Assembly (NCBI RefSeq): GCF_001194135.2
Contig: NC_068990.1
Location: 11,753,742 to 11,817,741 of the forward strand
Source: Octopus bimaculoides
Taxonomy: Eukaryota
Direction of reading: 5' to 3'
DNA length: 64,000 bases
The stretch's first letter is position 1, and the number at the start of each line of letters is the position of its first letter. Below the pieces are notes generated by a model. It saw only the letters and a program-made list of their open reading frames with translations. It had not been told where the DNA came from and did no database searches. The position numbers were made by a program, and so were the translations under genes. Shown in pieces: positions 39,984-50,596 of the stretch.

Positions 39984-40169
39984 CAACATCGAAAAATACC
40001 TTAGGAATGAGAACACAGGTTCGAAATTTCCCCAAGACACCTGATGAAGGCTGGAGGGTATATCAGCTGAAATGTTGTGTTAGCAACAAACAAGATGAGG
40101 ACAAGTATCTGTCAAATGTAAATAATGTAAATTATGTACATAATTCCTCATCTCTTAAATATAAAACTG
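39868..40169 (+). mobile_element. tRNA-head/(AAT)n/hammerhead composite retroposon, copy 3 (most complete)
   Basis: A box TGGTGTAGTGG (39875-39885), B box GAGTTTGATTCC (39918-39929), (AAT)n linker, HHR at 40036-40081, 3' stem AGATGAGGA/TCCTCATCT. Confidence 0.88.
40036..40081 (+). ncRNA. Minimal type I hammerhead motif (GAAAC changed to GAAAT)
   Basis: GACAC-CTGATGA-A-GGCTG-GAGGGTATAT-CAGCT-GAAAT-GTT-GTGTT; a CpG-type change breaks the ACGT palindrome. Confidence 0.55.
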
Positions 40170-40659
40170 AAATATATAAGGCAAATTTAACTATTTCTCC
40201 ATAGATTGGAAACATTATGAACAACTTTAATTGAATTTCAAAACTTATGTGTTCTCATCAGAGATGTCTACATCACTCGAGCAATCATAGAGAAGCAATT
40301 AGCCAATTTGTTTCTACACTCAGCAAATCTAGTAACTACAGTGAGCTGGTGCTACTAATTTGTATATCATTAGTGTTTAATTATTGAATGTCAGCAGCTT
40401 CTTAGTGAGGATCTCAGTCAACACACTATCAAAGTATTATATGTAACCTGTATAGTACAATACTAACTACTTCTTCATAGATTGAAAAGCTTATGAACAG
40501 CCTTAATTAATCTTGGTACCTTATTGGGTTCTCATCAAAAGTGTCAACATTAATTTAACCAATCCCAGAGAAACAAGTTGCAGTTAATTTTGGACATAGT
40601 GAAGAATTTAGATAAACAAATTTGTCATTGTTAATCTGGCATTTTTATTTTTGTTATGG

Positions 40660-40865
40660 CAGTGAGCTGGTAAAATCATAAGAGTCTTGGGAAAATGCCT
40701 TGCAGTATTTATTCTGGTTCTTTACAACCTGAGTTTAAACACCACTGGTCATTTCTGCCTTTCATCCTTCTGGGGTCAATAAAACAAAGTACCACATACT
40801 GGAGTCAATTATATTGATTAATCCCTGCCCCTCATAAATTCTAGCTTTGTGCCTAAACTAGAATA
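40660..40865 (+). mobile_element. SINE family B, diverged
   Basis: GGCAGTGAGCTGGTAAAATC...CCTTTCATCCTTCTGGGGTCAAT...GTGCCTAAACTAGAA. Confidence 0.7.
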
Positions 40866-40900
40866 TAAATTAGCATAAAATTCTGATGGAAGGTTTTAAT

Positions 40901-41156
40901 TTACTCTTTACTCTTTTACTCTTTTACTTGTTTCAGTCATTTGACTGTGGCCATGCTGGAGCACTGCCTTTAGTCGAGCAAATCGACCCCAGAACTTATT
41001 CTTTGGAAGCCTAGTACTTATTCTATCGGTCTCTTTTGCCGAACCACTAAGTTACGGGGACGTAAACACACCAGCATCGGTTGTCAAGCGATGTTGGGGG
41101 GACAAACACAGACACAAACATATACACACACACATATATATATACATATATACGAC
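40901..41156 (-). mobile_element. SINE family A tail half, cut by gap
   Basis: (TTTACTC)n tail and near-consensus body. Confidence 0.88.
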
Positions 41157-41490
41157 NNNNNNNNNNNNNNNNNNNNNNNNNNNNNNNNNNNNNNNNNNNN
41201 NNNNNNNNNNNNNNNNNNNNNNNNNNNNNNNNNNNNNNNNNNNNNNNNNNNNNNNNNNNNNNNNNNNNNNNNNNNNNNNNNNNNNNNNNNNNNNNNNNNN
41301 NNNNNNNNNNNNNNNNNNNNNNNNNNNNNNNNNNNNNNNNNNNNNNNNNNNNNNNNNNNNNNNNNNNNNNNNNNNNNNNNNNNNNNNNNNNNNNNNNNNN
41401 NNNNNNNNNNNNNCAGAAAACTTGTATCATAGAACCAGGGTTGGTCTCAAGAAGATCGGTATCAAAAGGATTAATAATATACAAATTATT

Positions 41491-41690
41491 AAGGCGGTGA
41501 GCTGGCAGAAACATTAGCATGCCAGGCAAAATGCTCAGTGGTATTTTGTCTGTCTTTATGTTCTAAGTTCAAATTCAGTTGAGGTCGACTTTGTCTTTCA
41601 TTCTTTTGGGGTCGATAAATTAAGTACCAGTTGCATACTGGGGTCGATCTTTTCAAAATTTCGAGCCATGCGCCTAAAGTAGATAAGAAT
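41491..41690 (+). mobile_element. SINE family B
   Basis: AAGGCGGTGAGCTGGCAGAAACATTAGC...GGGGTCGATAAATTAAGTACCAG. Confidence 0.85.
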
Positions 41691-41703
41691 ATACAATTTA
41701 TAG

Positions 41704-41919
41704 TTAAGACAGCGAGCTGGCAGAATCATTAGCATGCCAGGCAAAATGCTTAATGGCATTTCGTCTATCTCTATGTTCTGAGCTCAAATTTCACTGAGTT
41801 TGACTTTGTTTGTCATCCTTTGAGGGTTGATTAAACAAGTACCACTTAAGTACTGGTGTTGATGTAATCAAATTATCCCTTCCCTAAAATTGATGGCCTT
41901 GTGTCAAAATTTGAAACCA
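41704..41919 (+). mobile_element. SINE family B, tandem to the previous copy
   Basis: GCGAGCTGGCAGAATCATTAGC...GGCCTTGTGTCAAAATTTGAAACC. Confidence 0.82.
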
Positions 41920-42317
41920 GTGTACAAATTATAGTTGTTAATATTGTTGTCACTGCTGCAATTTAGCCCCCTGTCAATCATGATTAAAAAGTCTTGTGAT
42001 CAATATTGAGTGGCAGCTTTTATGAATATTCTGTTGGAAATGCTTTGCAAAACATATACCTTTTCCATCTTGTACAAGGATCAGGACTGATGCGATGCAA
42101 GATTTAGGGAAACTGCATAGGAACTAATGCTCAATCAGGACTGATGAGTGATGATAACTAGACATTTATTACAGTTTGGGATTATCATCTCTGACAGATA
42201 AAGAAAGAATATAACAAAGACAGAGATAATCAAAAGAACTCCAGTTATGGCCACCCAGGTTTTTACAACATTATGCAATATACACTTTCTCTATTTAAGG
42301 TAATGTTAGGGAGATTT

Positions 42318-42711
42318 CTTCTTCTTGGCACTCCATCGGTTACGACGATGAGGGTTCCAGTTGATCTGATCAATGGAACAGCTTGCTCGTGAAATTAACG
42401 TGCAAGTGGCTGAGCACTCCACAGACACATGTACCCTTAACGTAGTTCTCGGGGAGATTCAGAGTGACACAGAGTGTGACAAGGCTGACCCTTTGAAATA
42501 CAGGTACAACAGAAACAGGAAGTAAGAGTGAGAGAAAATTGTGGTGAAAGAGTACAGCAGGGTTCGTCACTATCCCCTGCCAGAGCCTCGTGGAACTTTA
42601 GGCGTTTTCGCTCAATATAAACACTCACAACGTCCAGTCTGGGAATCAAAACCGTGATCTTACGACCGCGAGTCTGCTGCCCTAACCATTGAGCCATTGC
42701 GCATCCACCAT
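42318..42711 (-). mobile_element. SINE family C, full length, probable 8 bp TSD
   Basis: Colinear with 4590-5037; (AAG)n tail; GGAGATTT at 42310-42317 and 42712-42719. Confidence 0.88.
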
Positions 42712-43007
42712 GGAGATTTATTTGTTGTTTCTAGTAAGTTAACTAACACCATACAGGTTTTCAGGTTTGCGTGTAGGTTTGAGCGAGTGTTTTATTGGTG
42801 GAATTCTCTCCGGTTCCTCTGGAAAGGTGTTTCTGTAGAGTAATTAGATATTTGTTGTCCCATAGTCACATTATAAAGATTACTTTCTCCTTCATTGCTG
42901 CTCATTGAATGTTCTCTGAAATAAAGGAAAATGATTAATGAGATGTATTATTAGTTTTCACAAACTAGTTTTAGAATTTATAAATTTATATAAATGAGGG
43001 GAATAAT

Positions 43008-43089
43008 TTATGGATGTGTGATTATATATTTATGTGTGTGTTTGTACATATATATATACGTACATACATACATATATATATAAACGCAT

Positions 43090-43123
<34 letters not shown>

Positions 43124-43241
43124 GTATACATATATATACATNNNNNNNNNNNNNNNNNNNNNNNNNNNNNNNNNNNNNNNNNNNNNNNNNNNNNNNNNNN
43201 NNNNNNNNNNNNNNNNNNNNNNNNNNNNNNNNNNNNNNNNN

Positions 43242-43280
<39 letters not shown>

Positions 43281-43516
43281 TATATACATATGTGTACATA
43301 TAAACATATTTACATACATATACGTACTTACATATATGTGCATATCCATATATACACCCTCTCTCACACACACACATATGTATAGGTATATGGATATATA
43401 CAGTATGCATTTCTAAATGTAAATGGATAACTATACATGTATATAAGAATATGTGTGCGCATGTATGTGTGTGTGTGTGTAATGAGAGCTGCTTTAATGT
43501 ATGTGTGTATGTACAT

Positions 43517-43564
<48 letters not shown>

Positions 43565-43565
43565 A
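43008..43565. repeat. (TA)n/(CA)n/(TG)n field with gap
   Basis: Visible. Confidence 0.9.
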
Positions 43566-43569
43566 GACT

Positions 43570-43900
43570 CTGTTGGATATATGATATCAGTGAACATGAA
43601 ACCAAACCATCTGTCTCATTTCAGGAAATTGTGCTGCCTCATGACCACAAGTGGATACACAAACCAAACAGATTTCATATCCACTAAGAACTAGGAAAGA
43701 GAAATGACTGAGAGTAATAAATCTATACCTGACGAAAAATCGATCACTCAGTATCGACTAATGATTAGTGAGTCTAAAAAGATTGCCAGTCCTAAAGATG
43801 CAGCACAATATAGAGATGCAGATTAAGAAAAGATCCTTTGGCAAATGTGAGATAAGATGATGTAATAGGTGATGTACAAGTTGAGAGAAAAGAAGAAATA
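43570..43900 (+). pseudogene. Decayed AP-endonuclease C-terminus of an RTE-type LINE
   Basis: MTTSGYTNQTDFISTKN*EREMTESNKSIPDEKSITQYRLMI resembles the terminal APE motifs (SQIDF / TQHRL). Confidence 0.55.
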
Positions 43901-44182
43901 GATAGCTATAGAATAGAAGACTGCTACACCATGGTCGGTCTCAAACATGATTAAGAAAGAAGGAAGGTATTAAGCATAGGGCTAGCAGATCTGTGCTGCC
44001 AATTTTCTACATTGCCACTGAAATGCCAACAAGAGAACATCTGAAACCTGTCCTGGTAAGATGGAGTTAGTCTTCAGAGATGTGGAACAGGCTTTTCTTA
44101 TCAAGGGCAACTACATGTTAGGGAACATGGAAGGCCATGATCATGAACAAAATCAGAACAGATGAAAAACAACATGGAGACA

Positions 44183-44355
44183 GTAGTTGTATACTGTCAA
44201 CTTAATATGACAGTCCCCTGAAAAGAATAATACTACTGTTGTCCCCCTCTTGTAAACATAAGGACACAGGAAGCGGTACAGCTTCCTAGGTCTAACCAAC
44301 AGTAGTATTATTCCCTTCAGGAGACTGTCACATTAAGTTGGCAATATACAACTAC
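44183..44355. repeat. 58 bp inverted repeat with 57 bp spacer (MITE-like foldback)
   Basis: Arms 44183-44240 and 44298-44355, 6 mismatches; the spacer holds the hairpin AGGAAGC/GCTTCCT. Confidence 0.85.
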
Positions 44356-44580
44356 TTTATCGTATCACTACTGCATAAATCTCTCTGAGAGATTTAGAGA
44401 TGTATTATTTCTAACATGGAGACAATCCACAGAAACTGAAGCACATACAGATAGCTACACCTGAAGACAAATGCAATCTAAATCTAATGATCAACACTGA
44501 TGGTGGTCTCTTGCTGGCACCTTATGTTCGCCATGCAGTTCTGCTTATCATTTAAAGCAAAATATGTCTCGTTCATTGCA

Positions 44581-44700
44581 TACAGTAATCCCTCAACTAT
44601 CACAGATGATATGTTCCAGACCTCCCTGTGATAGGTGAAAATCTGAGAAGTAGAAACAATACTGTACTGTATATGTATTATAATTATTTCTATAATTTCA
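44581..44700 (+). mobile_element. pogo/Tigger-like terminal fragment
   Basis: TA|CAGTAATCCCTCAACTATC...GATAGGTGAAAATC: TA-flanked CAGT end; truncated by a family D insertion. Confidence 0.5.
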
Positions 44701-44958
44701 TCATCATCGTTTAATGTCCGTTTTCCATGCTAGTATGGGTTGGACGGTTTGACCGGGGTCTGGGAAGCCAGGAAGCTGCACAAGGCTCCAGTCTGATCTG
44801 GCAGTGTTTCTACAGCTGGATGCCCTTCCTAACGCCAACCACTCTGTGAGTGTAGTGGGTGCCTTTTGTGTGCCACCGGCACAGGGGCCAGAGGAGGCTG
44901 GCAACGGCCATGATCGGTTGGTGCTTTTTAGGTGCCACCAGCATGGAAGCCAGACAAG
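44700..44958 (-). mobile_element. Family D retroposon
   Basis: (CAT)n-CGTTTAATGTCCGTTTTCCATGCTAG...CTACAGCTGGATGCCCTTCCTAACGCC. Confidence 0.88.
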
Positions 44959-44989
44959 GTGGCGCAGGCATTGGCCCACATTGGTGATA

Positions 44990-45260
44990 ATTTAAAAACC
45001 AACGAGACCTGGGAAAAGATGTCCTTCCCTCAGCGAAACATGATGTAATGCAACAAAATAAACCAACATCCGGCATTACAGGTGAAACCCTGATCTAGAA
45101 CCCACAAGTGAACCAGAAGAGAGGGAGTCCTGAAAATAGGTGGAGTGGCGGTTGATATAAAAAAGCAGGGATCCAACTGCAATGAAGTTAAGAAAGGCAG
45201 CCTGGATTCTAGAATAGTGGATAAAAGTGGCTTATGCTCCACAGGGAAAAAAGAACTTAT
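44990..45260 (+). pseudogene. Decayed RTE-like LINE C-terminus
   Basis: KRGSPENRWS / DIKKQGSNCNEVKKGSLDSRIVDKSGLCSTG resembles the RGRP..W...A.DR..W...GLCS tail of RTE ORFs. Confidence 0.5.
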
Positions 45261-45408
45261 ACACTACAACACAGCCATTTCTCCCTCCATATGTCATATC
45301 TTTGGTGTTCTATTCAACCAAGCATTGGAGGACTTAGAGAATATCTATGACAACGCAGGTTATATATAGGTGCCTAAAACAATAAGTGACAGTGTGGTAC
45401 ATTCGTAA

Positions 45409-45638
45409 TTCTTTATTGCCCACAAGAGGTTAAACATAGAGTGGACAAACAAGGACAGACAAAGGGATTAAGTCGATTACACCAACCCCAGTGTGTAACT
45501 GGTACTTAATTTATCGACCCTGAATGGATGAAAGGCAAAGTCGACCTCGGCGGAATTTGAACTCAGAACGTAACGGCAGACAAAATATCGCTAAGTATTT
45601 TGCCCAGCATGCTAACGTTTTTGCCAGCTCGCCGCCTT
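45409..45638 (-). mobile_element. SINE family B (long-tail subtype), near consensus
   Basis: TTCTTTATTGCCCACAAG...GTCGACCTCGGCGGAATTTGAACTCAGAACG...GCCAGCTCGCCGCC; CpGs retained. Confidence 0.9.
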
Positions 45639-47891
45639 AAATATGGTACATTCTACCAGGTCACACTCTCTTGCAATTGACAGCTAAGAGGTATTTTTAG
45701 ATATAGTTTATACTGCCATTTTACTGTTCCAAATATACTACTTTAGGATATCTAGTTTAGAGACACTGAAAAAATCTTCAAATGTAGGGAACTGAGAATG
45801 TGTTGCTCTCGTGTCTATGTTCTAATGGCTTTAATTGCATAAGAGAAATGAAAGATTCAACTTGAAAACCAGAAATTCAAAACTGCACCAAGCCACAACT
45901 TGGTTATCAAAGAACATGTCTGTCACTCTATAGAGCTTATAGCACAATGGCTGCCTATTATGTTAGCAAATAAATAATGTGCATGTACATACAATATATG
46001 TGTGTGCGTGTGTACATGTATGCGAATAAATAAAAATAAAAAAACAATATATATATTTACATACTACACATACGCGTATATGTGTATATATATGTGTATT
46101 TATCTATCTATCTATATATATATATATATATATATAAAAACAAATAGTAAATGAGTATATGCATATATACGTACAGGTATGTGCATACCGACATCCACCT
46201 GCATGTATAGGTGCATATCTGGGTACAGGACATTGCAAACAAAACGTAGACGAGAAAACACACAAGCCACATAGAGAACATTCTTCTTCATCAGCTACCC
46301 CCGTTTTAACACCGGCGTTTCGAAGAGCTGGGCAGGATGCATCGTTAAAACGGCTCTTCTCATGGACCGCAAATTAAATTTGTATGCACAAACATACATA
46401 TATATGCATGTACATACTTATACATACACACACACATGCATATATATTCACATATACATACATATTTATATATGCATGCAAATAGAGTGAGAGAATGCGT
46501 GAGAGAGGGTGTGAGAGTGAGACATACATAAATATATATACATGCATAAAAGAGAGAAAGAGAAAGTTAGATGCATAAACAAAGAGAAGAGAAGAGAAGA
46601 GAAGAGAAGAGAGAGAGAGTGAGAGAAACAGACAGGCAGACAGAGACAAAGGCAGAGCACGTGATGGCTGGTGCAATGATCTCTACTCAACAAGCAAGAA
46701 GAACTGAAGAACAGCTTTCTCAATCTGCTGCATTCAGCTAGCACCATTATTAGAGAAAGGAAATTCAAACAAATACTTACATGGGGCTTTTCTTGGAATT
46801 ATTTTAGCCTGATTTCACATTGAACTAGATACAATGGCCTCTAATGGTTGCAGTGCTCTGCAATTTCATTCACCCATATTATCTACAATGGCACCCTAAT
46901 TGGAAAACATGGTTGCTGCATGTATTATCTAAAGACACCAAATCTCTTCTGGCTCTTGCTTTCTCTCTTTGTATCTTTATCTTTCTCTCTTTTTTTTTTT
47001 TCATATTCTTTTGTTTCTACCATTCTATTCTTTCCGAGATCAATTGGAACAAAAATAAAAACAAAAACGAAATAAAAATAAATAATAAAAATTTCAAAAA
47101 AAAAATTTTCGTTTTAATTTTTTTTTTTTTGTATGTCTTTCAATACAAACTGCAATGCAATGCAGAAGTGCAGTTCTATACACAACATAACCCTTCCAAT
47201 TCATTCTTCTCTTTTGTAGATTACGGCAATTGAACAAAACCCAAGCTCAGACCTCCATATCTTGATACCCTCATGTTTTATTAGTTATTTTCTTTACATT
47301 TTTCATTCTTTACTTTCTTTCTCTCTGTTTTTCCTTCGTTTTCTTGTTTTGTTTTGTTCCATTTGCCAGAGCTAAATTACATTTCTCTACTACCACCTTT
47401 TAGCCAAATTTATCTCTAATAAATCATTTGTAATGAATGAAGCTCTCTTCATTATTAAATAACCAAACAATAAATGCTTTGTCAATACAGAGCTTTGCTT
47501 ATTCATCCCTCCGCTTAGATCTTCTTATCTCTTACTTAACATAAAAATTACAAACTCCAACTTTTACTTTATTCCTTCCTTCTTTCATTCCACATATTCT
47601 AACTTCCCTTTCTTTCCCATTATTTTTTATTATTCAATCGATTTGTCTTCCTTTTTTGTTACATTTTTCCAATCCTATCTTATTCTTTTTTCTTTTTATA
47701 TATTTTCCTCTTTACATTCAGAATGTTGTTGTTAGTATTGTTGTAGTTGTGTAGTTAACATTATAAAATTCTTCTTAGTATTCCTTGTATTGTACTTAAC
47801 GGTGTCATTACTACATTTGTAGTTGTTGTGACTACTGTTGGATTTAATGTTGTTTTTATTATTATTGATCGTCTTGTTGTTAGCAATAATC

Positions 47892-48070
47892 CTTTCTGCG
47901 TATGCACAAAACCTGAAATTTTGGCATGACTGGTACTTAATTTATCGACCCTAAAAAAGATGAAAGACAAAGTCAACTTCAGTAGGATTTGAACTCTGAA
48001 TGTAACAATGGTGAAAATGCTGCTAGTCATTTTGTCTGGCCTGCTAAATGACTCTGCCAGATTGCTGCTT
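47892..48070 (-). mobile_element. SINE family B with internal deletion
   Basis: GACTGGTACTTAATTTATCGACCC...GGATTTGAACTCTGAATG. Confidence 0.75.
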
Positions 48071-48085
48071 TGATATTAAAGATAA

Positions 48086-48787
48086 TCATCATCATCGTTT
48101 AACATCCACCTTCCATGCTAGCATGGGTTGGACGATTTGACTGAGGACTGGCAAACCAGATGGCTACACCAGGCTCCAATCTGATCTGGCAGAGTTTCTA
48201 CAGCTGGATGCCCTTCCTGACGCCAACCACTCAGAGAGTGTAGTGGGCACGAAGGCCAATTAGGCGGTACTAGCAACGGCTACACTCAAAATGGTATATT
48301 TTACATGCCAACTGCACAGGAGCCAGTCCAGGGGCACTGGCAACGACTCACTCAAATGTCTTTTCATGTGTCACCAGCAGAAGTGCTGGTAACGATCATG
48401 CTCAAATGGTGCTATTTACGTGCCACTGGCATGGAAGCCAGACAGCTGCTCTGGCAGCAATCACACTCGGATGGTGCTCTTAGCGCTCCACTGGTACAGG
48501 TGCCATCACAATTTTCCTTTCACTTGCCCCAACAGGTCTTCGCAAGCCAAGTTTAGTGTCCAATGAAAGAGAGGTTGGCATGAGTGCCAGTCATCGAATT
48601 TGGTTCGATTTCGATTTCACTTGCCTCAACAGGTCTTCGCAAGCCAAGTTTAGTGTCCAATGAAAGAGAGGTTGGCATGAGTGCCAGTCATCGAATTTGG
48701 TTTGATTTCGATTTCACTTGCCTCAACAGGTCTTCGCAAGTGGGGTTTAGTGTCCAATGAAGGAAAGGTACACATAAGTGGGCTGGC
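48086..48787 (-). mobile_element. Family D retroposon, longest copy, with internal tandem repeats
   Basis: (CAT)n tail, conserved 3' module, ~45 bp subrepeats at 48270-48480 and a 97 bp tandem at 48518-48761. Confidence 0.82.
48518..48761. repeat. 97 bp tandem repeat, 2.5 near-identical units
   Basis: TTTCACTTGCC starts at 48518, 48615 and 48712. Confidence 0.92.
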
Positions 48788-48796
48788 TAATAACAA

Positions 48797-49002
48797 TCCT
48801 TTCTACTATAGGCACAAGGCCTCAAATTTTGTTGGGGATGGGGTTAGTTGATTATATTGGCCACCAGTCTTTGACTGGTACTTATTTCATTGACCCAGAA
48901 AGTATGAAAGGCAAAGCCGACTGTGACAGAATTTGAACTCAGAACATGAAGATGGGTGAAATGCCGCTAAGCATACTATTCAGTGTAGTAAGGATTCTGC
49001 CT
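48797..49002 (-). mobile_element. SINE family B
   Basis: CCTTTCTACTATAGGCACAAGGCC...GAATTTGAACTCAGAAC. Confidence 0.82.
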
Positions 49003-49042
49003 GATAATAATAACAATAATAATAATAATAATAATAATAAAC

Positions 49043-49215
49043 TTTCCTATTATTGGCACAAGGCCTGAAATTTAGGGGGAAGTGGGTTAGTCAATTATAT
49101 TAACCCCAGTGCATGACTGCAACGTATTTCATCGACCCCGAAAGGATGTAAAGCAAGGCCGACCTTAATGGAATTTGAATTCAGAAAATAAATAAGGACA
49201 AAATGCCGCTAGGCA
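49043..49215 (-). mobile_element. SINE family B with (AAT)n array at its tail
   Basis: GGCACAAGGCCTGAAATTT...CATCGACCCCGAAAGGATG...GGAATTTGAATTCAGAA. Confidence 0.8.
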
Positions 49216-49228
49216 TATCTTTATCCAA

Positions 49229-49405
49229 CCAGGCAAAATTCTTAGTGGCATTTCGTCCATTCTGAGTTCAAATTCCGCCAAGGTTGACCTTTACCTTTCA
49301 TCCTTTAGGGGTTGACAAAATAGGCACCAATTGATCACTGGGATTACTGTAATCGACTTAGCCTCTCTCCCAAAATTGCTGGCCCTGTACCAAAATTTGA
49401 AATCA
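49229..49405 (+). mobile_element. SINE family B, head-to-head with the previous copy
   Basis: CTGAGTTCAAATTCCGCCAAGGTTGACC...GTAATCGACTTAGCC. Confidence 0.8.
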
Positions 49406-49789
49406 ATATTGATGTTGTTGTTGTTGTTATTGTTATGACAGGTGCCATTTCTATTGCTGTTTCTAATACTGTTCCTCTTCATAAATATCATTGTTCTTGT
49501 TATCATTGTTAATGTTAGTTGTTGTCCTTTTGTTGTAGTTGCATTTTTATTACTGATGTTGTCGCAATTTTTATTGTTGTAGTTGTAACCATTGTTGTTA
49601 TCAATGTTGAAAATGATGTTGTTGTATGTATTGTTGTCGATGCTGGTGTTGTGGTGATAGTTGTTTCTGGTGTTATTGTTATATGAACAATTGAAATAAC
49701 TATCATTGTTTTTTAGTATTGTTCTCTATGTTGCTGTTGTTTAATGTTATCGTTGCACTAGTGACTTCTTATCATTATTCATGTTCATT

Positions 49790-49997
49790 TAGGTTAACGA
49801 ACTGGCAGAATCATTAGCATGCTGAGTGAAATGTTTAGTGACTTTCATCCATCTTTACATTCTGAGTTCAAATTCAGCCGAGATGAACTTTGCCTTTCAT
49901 CCTTTTGAGGCTGACAAAACAAGTACCGGTTGAATACTGGGGTAGGGGTGATGTAAATGACTTACCTCCTCCCCCCAAAATGGATGCTCTTGTGCTC

Positions 49998-50000
<3 letters not shown>
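49790..50000 (+). mobile_element. SINE family B
   Basis: ACTGGCAGAATCATTAGC...CTGAGTTCAAATTCAGCC...CTTGTGCTC then (ATT)n. Confidence 0.8.
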
Positions 50001-50028
<28 letters not shown>

Positions 50029-50596
50029 GTCAGTAGTCTTATTTTTAACCTGTGCTTTCACTGCACTACTGAGCACAGCTCTGGGTGCCTTGGGTATGTG
50101 CTGTGGTTTGTTGTGATCCTCTTATTTTTACTGTACTGAAAGTGTTTTACATAGGATGTGTGCAGTGCCTAGTAGTGCTATTTTTTGGATGTTATTTATA
50201 CTTGTCAATCTTGGTGTTTTTCATATTTATTTGTCTGAAATTTTTTTATCATACCTAAAGCACCTTCTATGACAGGAATTGTTTCTGTTTTTAGACTCCT
50301 CATTCGAGTTACCTCTATTTCGAGGTCTTTGTATTTTGAAATTTTCTCTGTTTCTTTTAGAGAAACGTTGTCAGATTTTGGGTGGTGCATCCAAAACCCT
50401 GTTGTTATTTTTCTTGCTTTCCTGTCTATTGTCATTAGTTCATTTAAAGTCCAGTTAAGGATATTGCAGCTGTAACTTATAACTGGGACGGCTAGAGTGT
50501 CGATACCAATCACCTTGTTCTTCACATTGAGCTCTGTTTACAGTTTTAATCTAACTCATCTATAGTATTCTTTCTTTTATTTTCTTTTACATTTTT

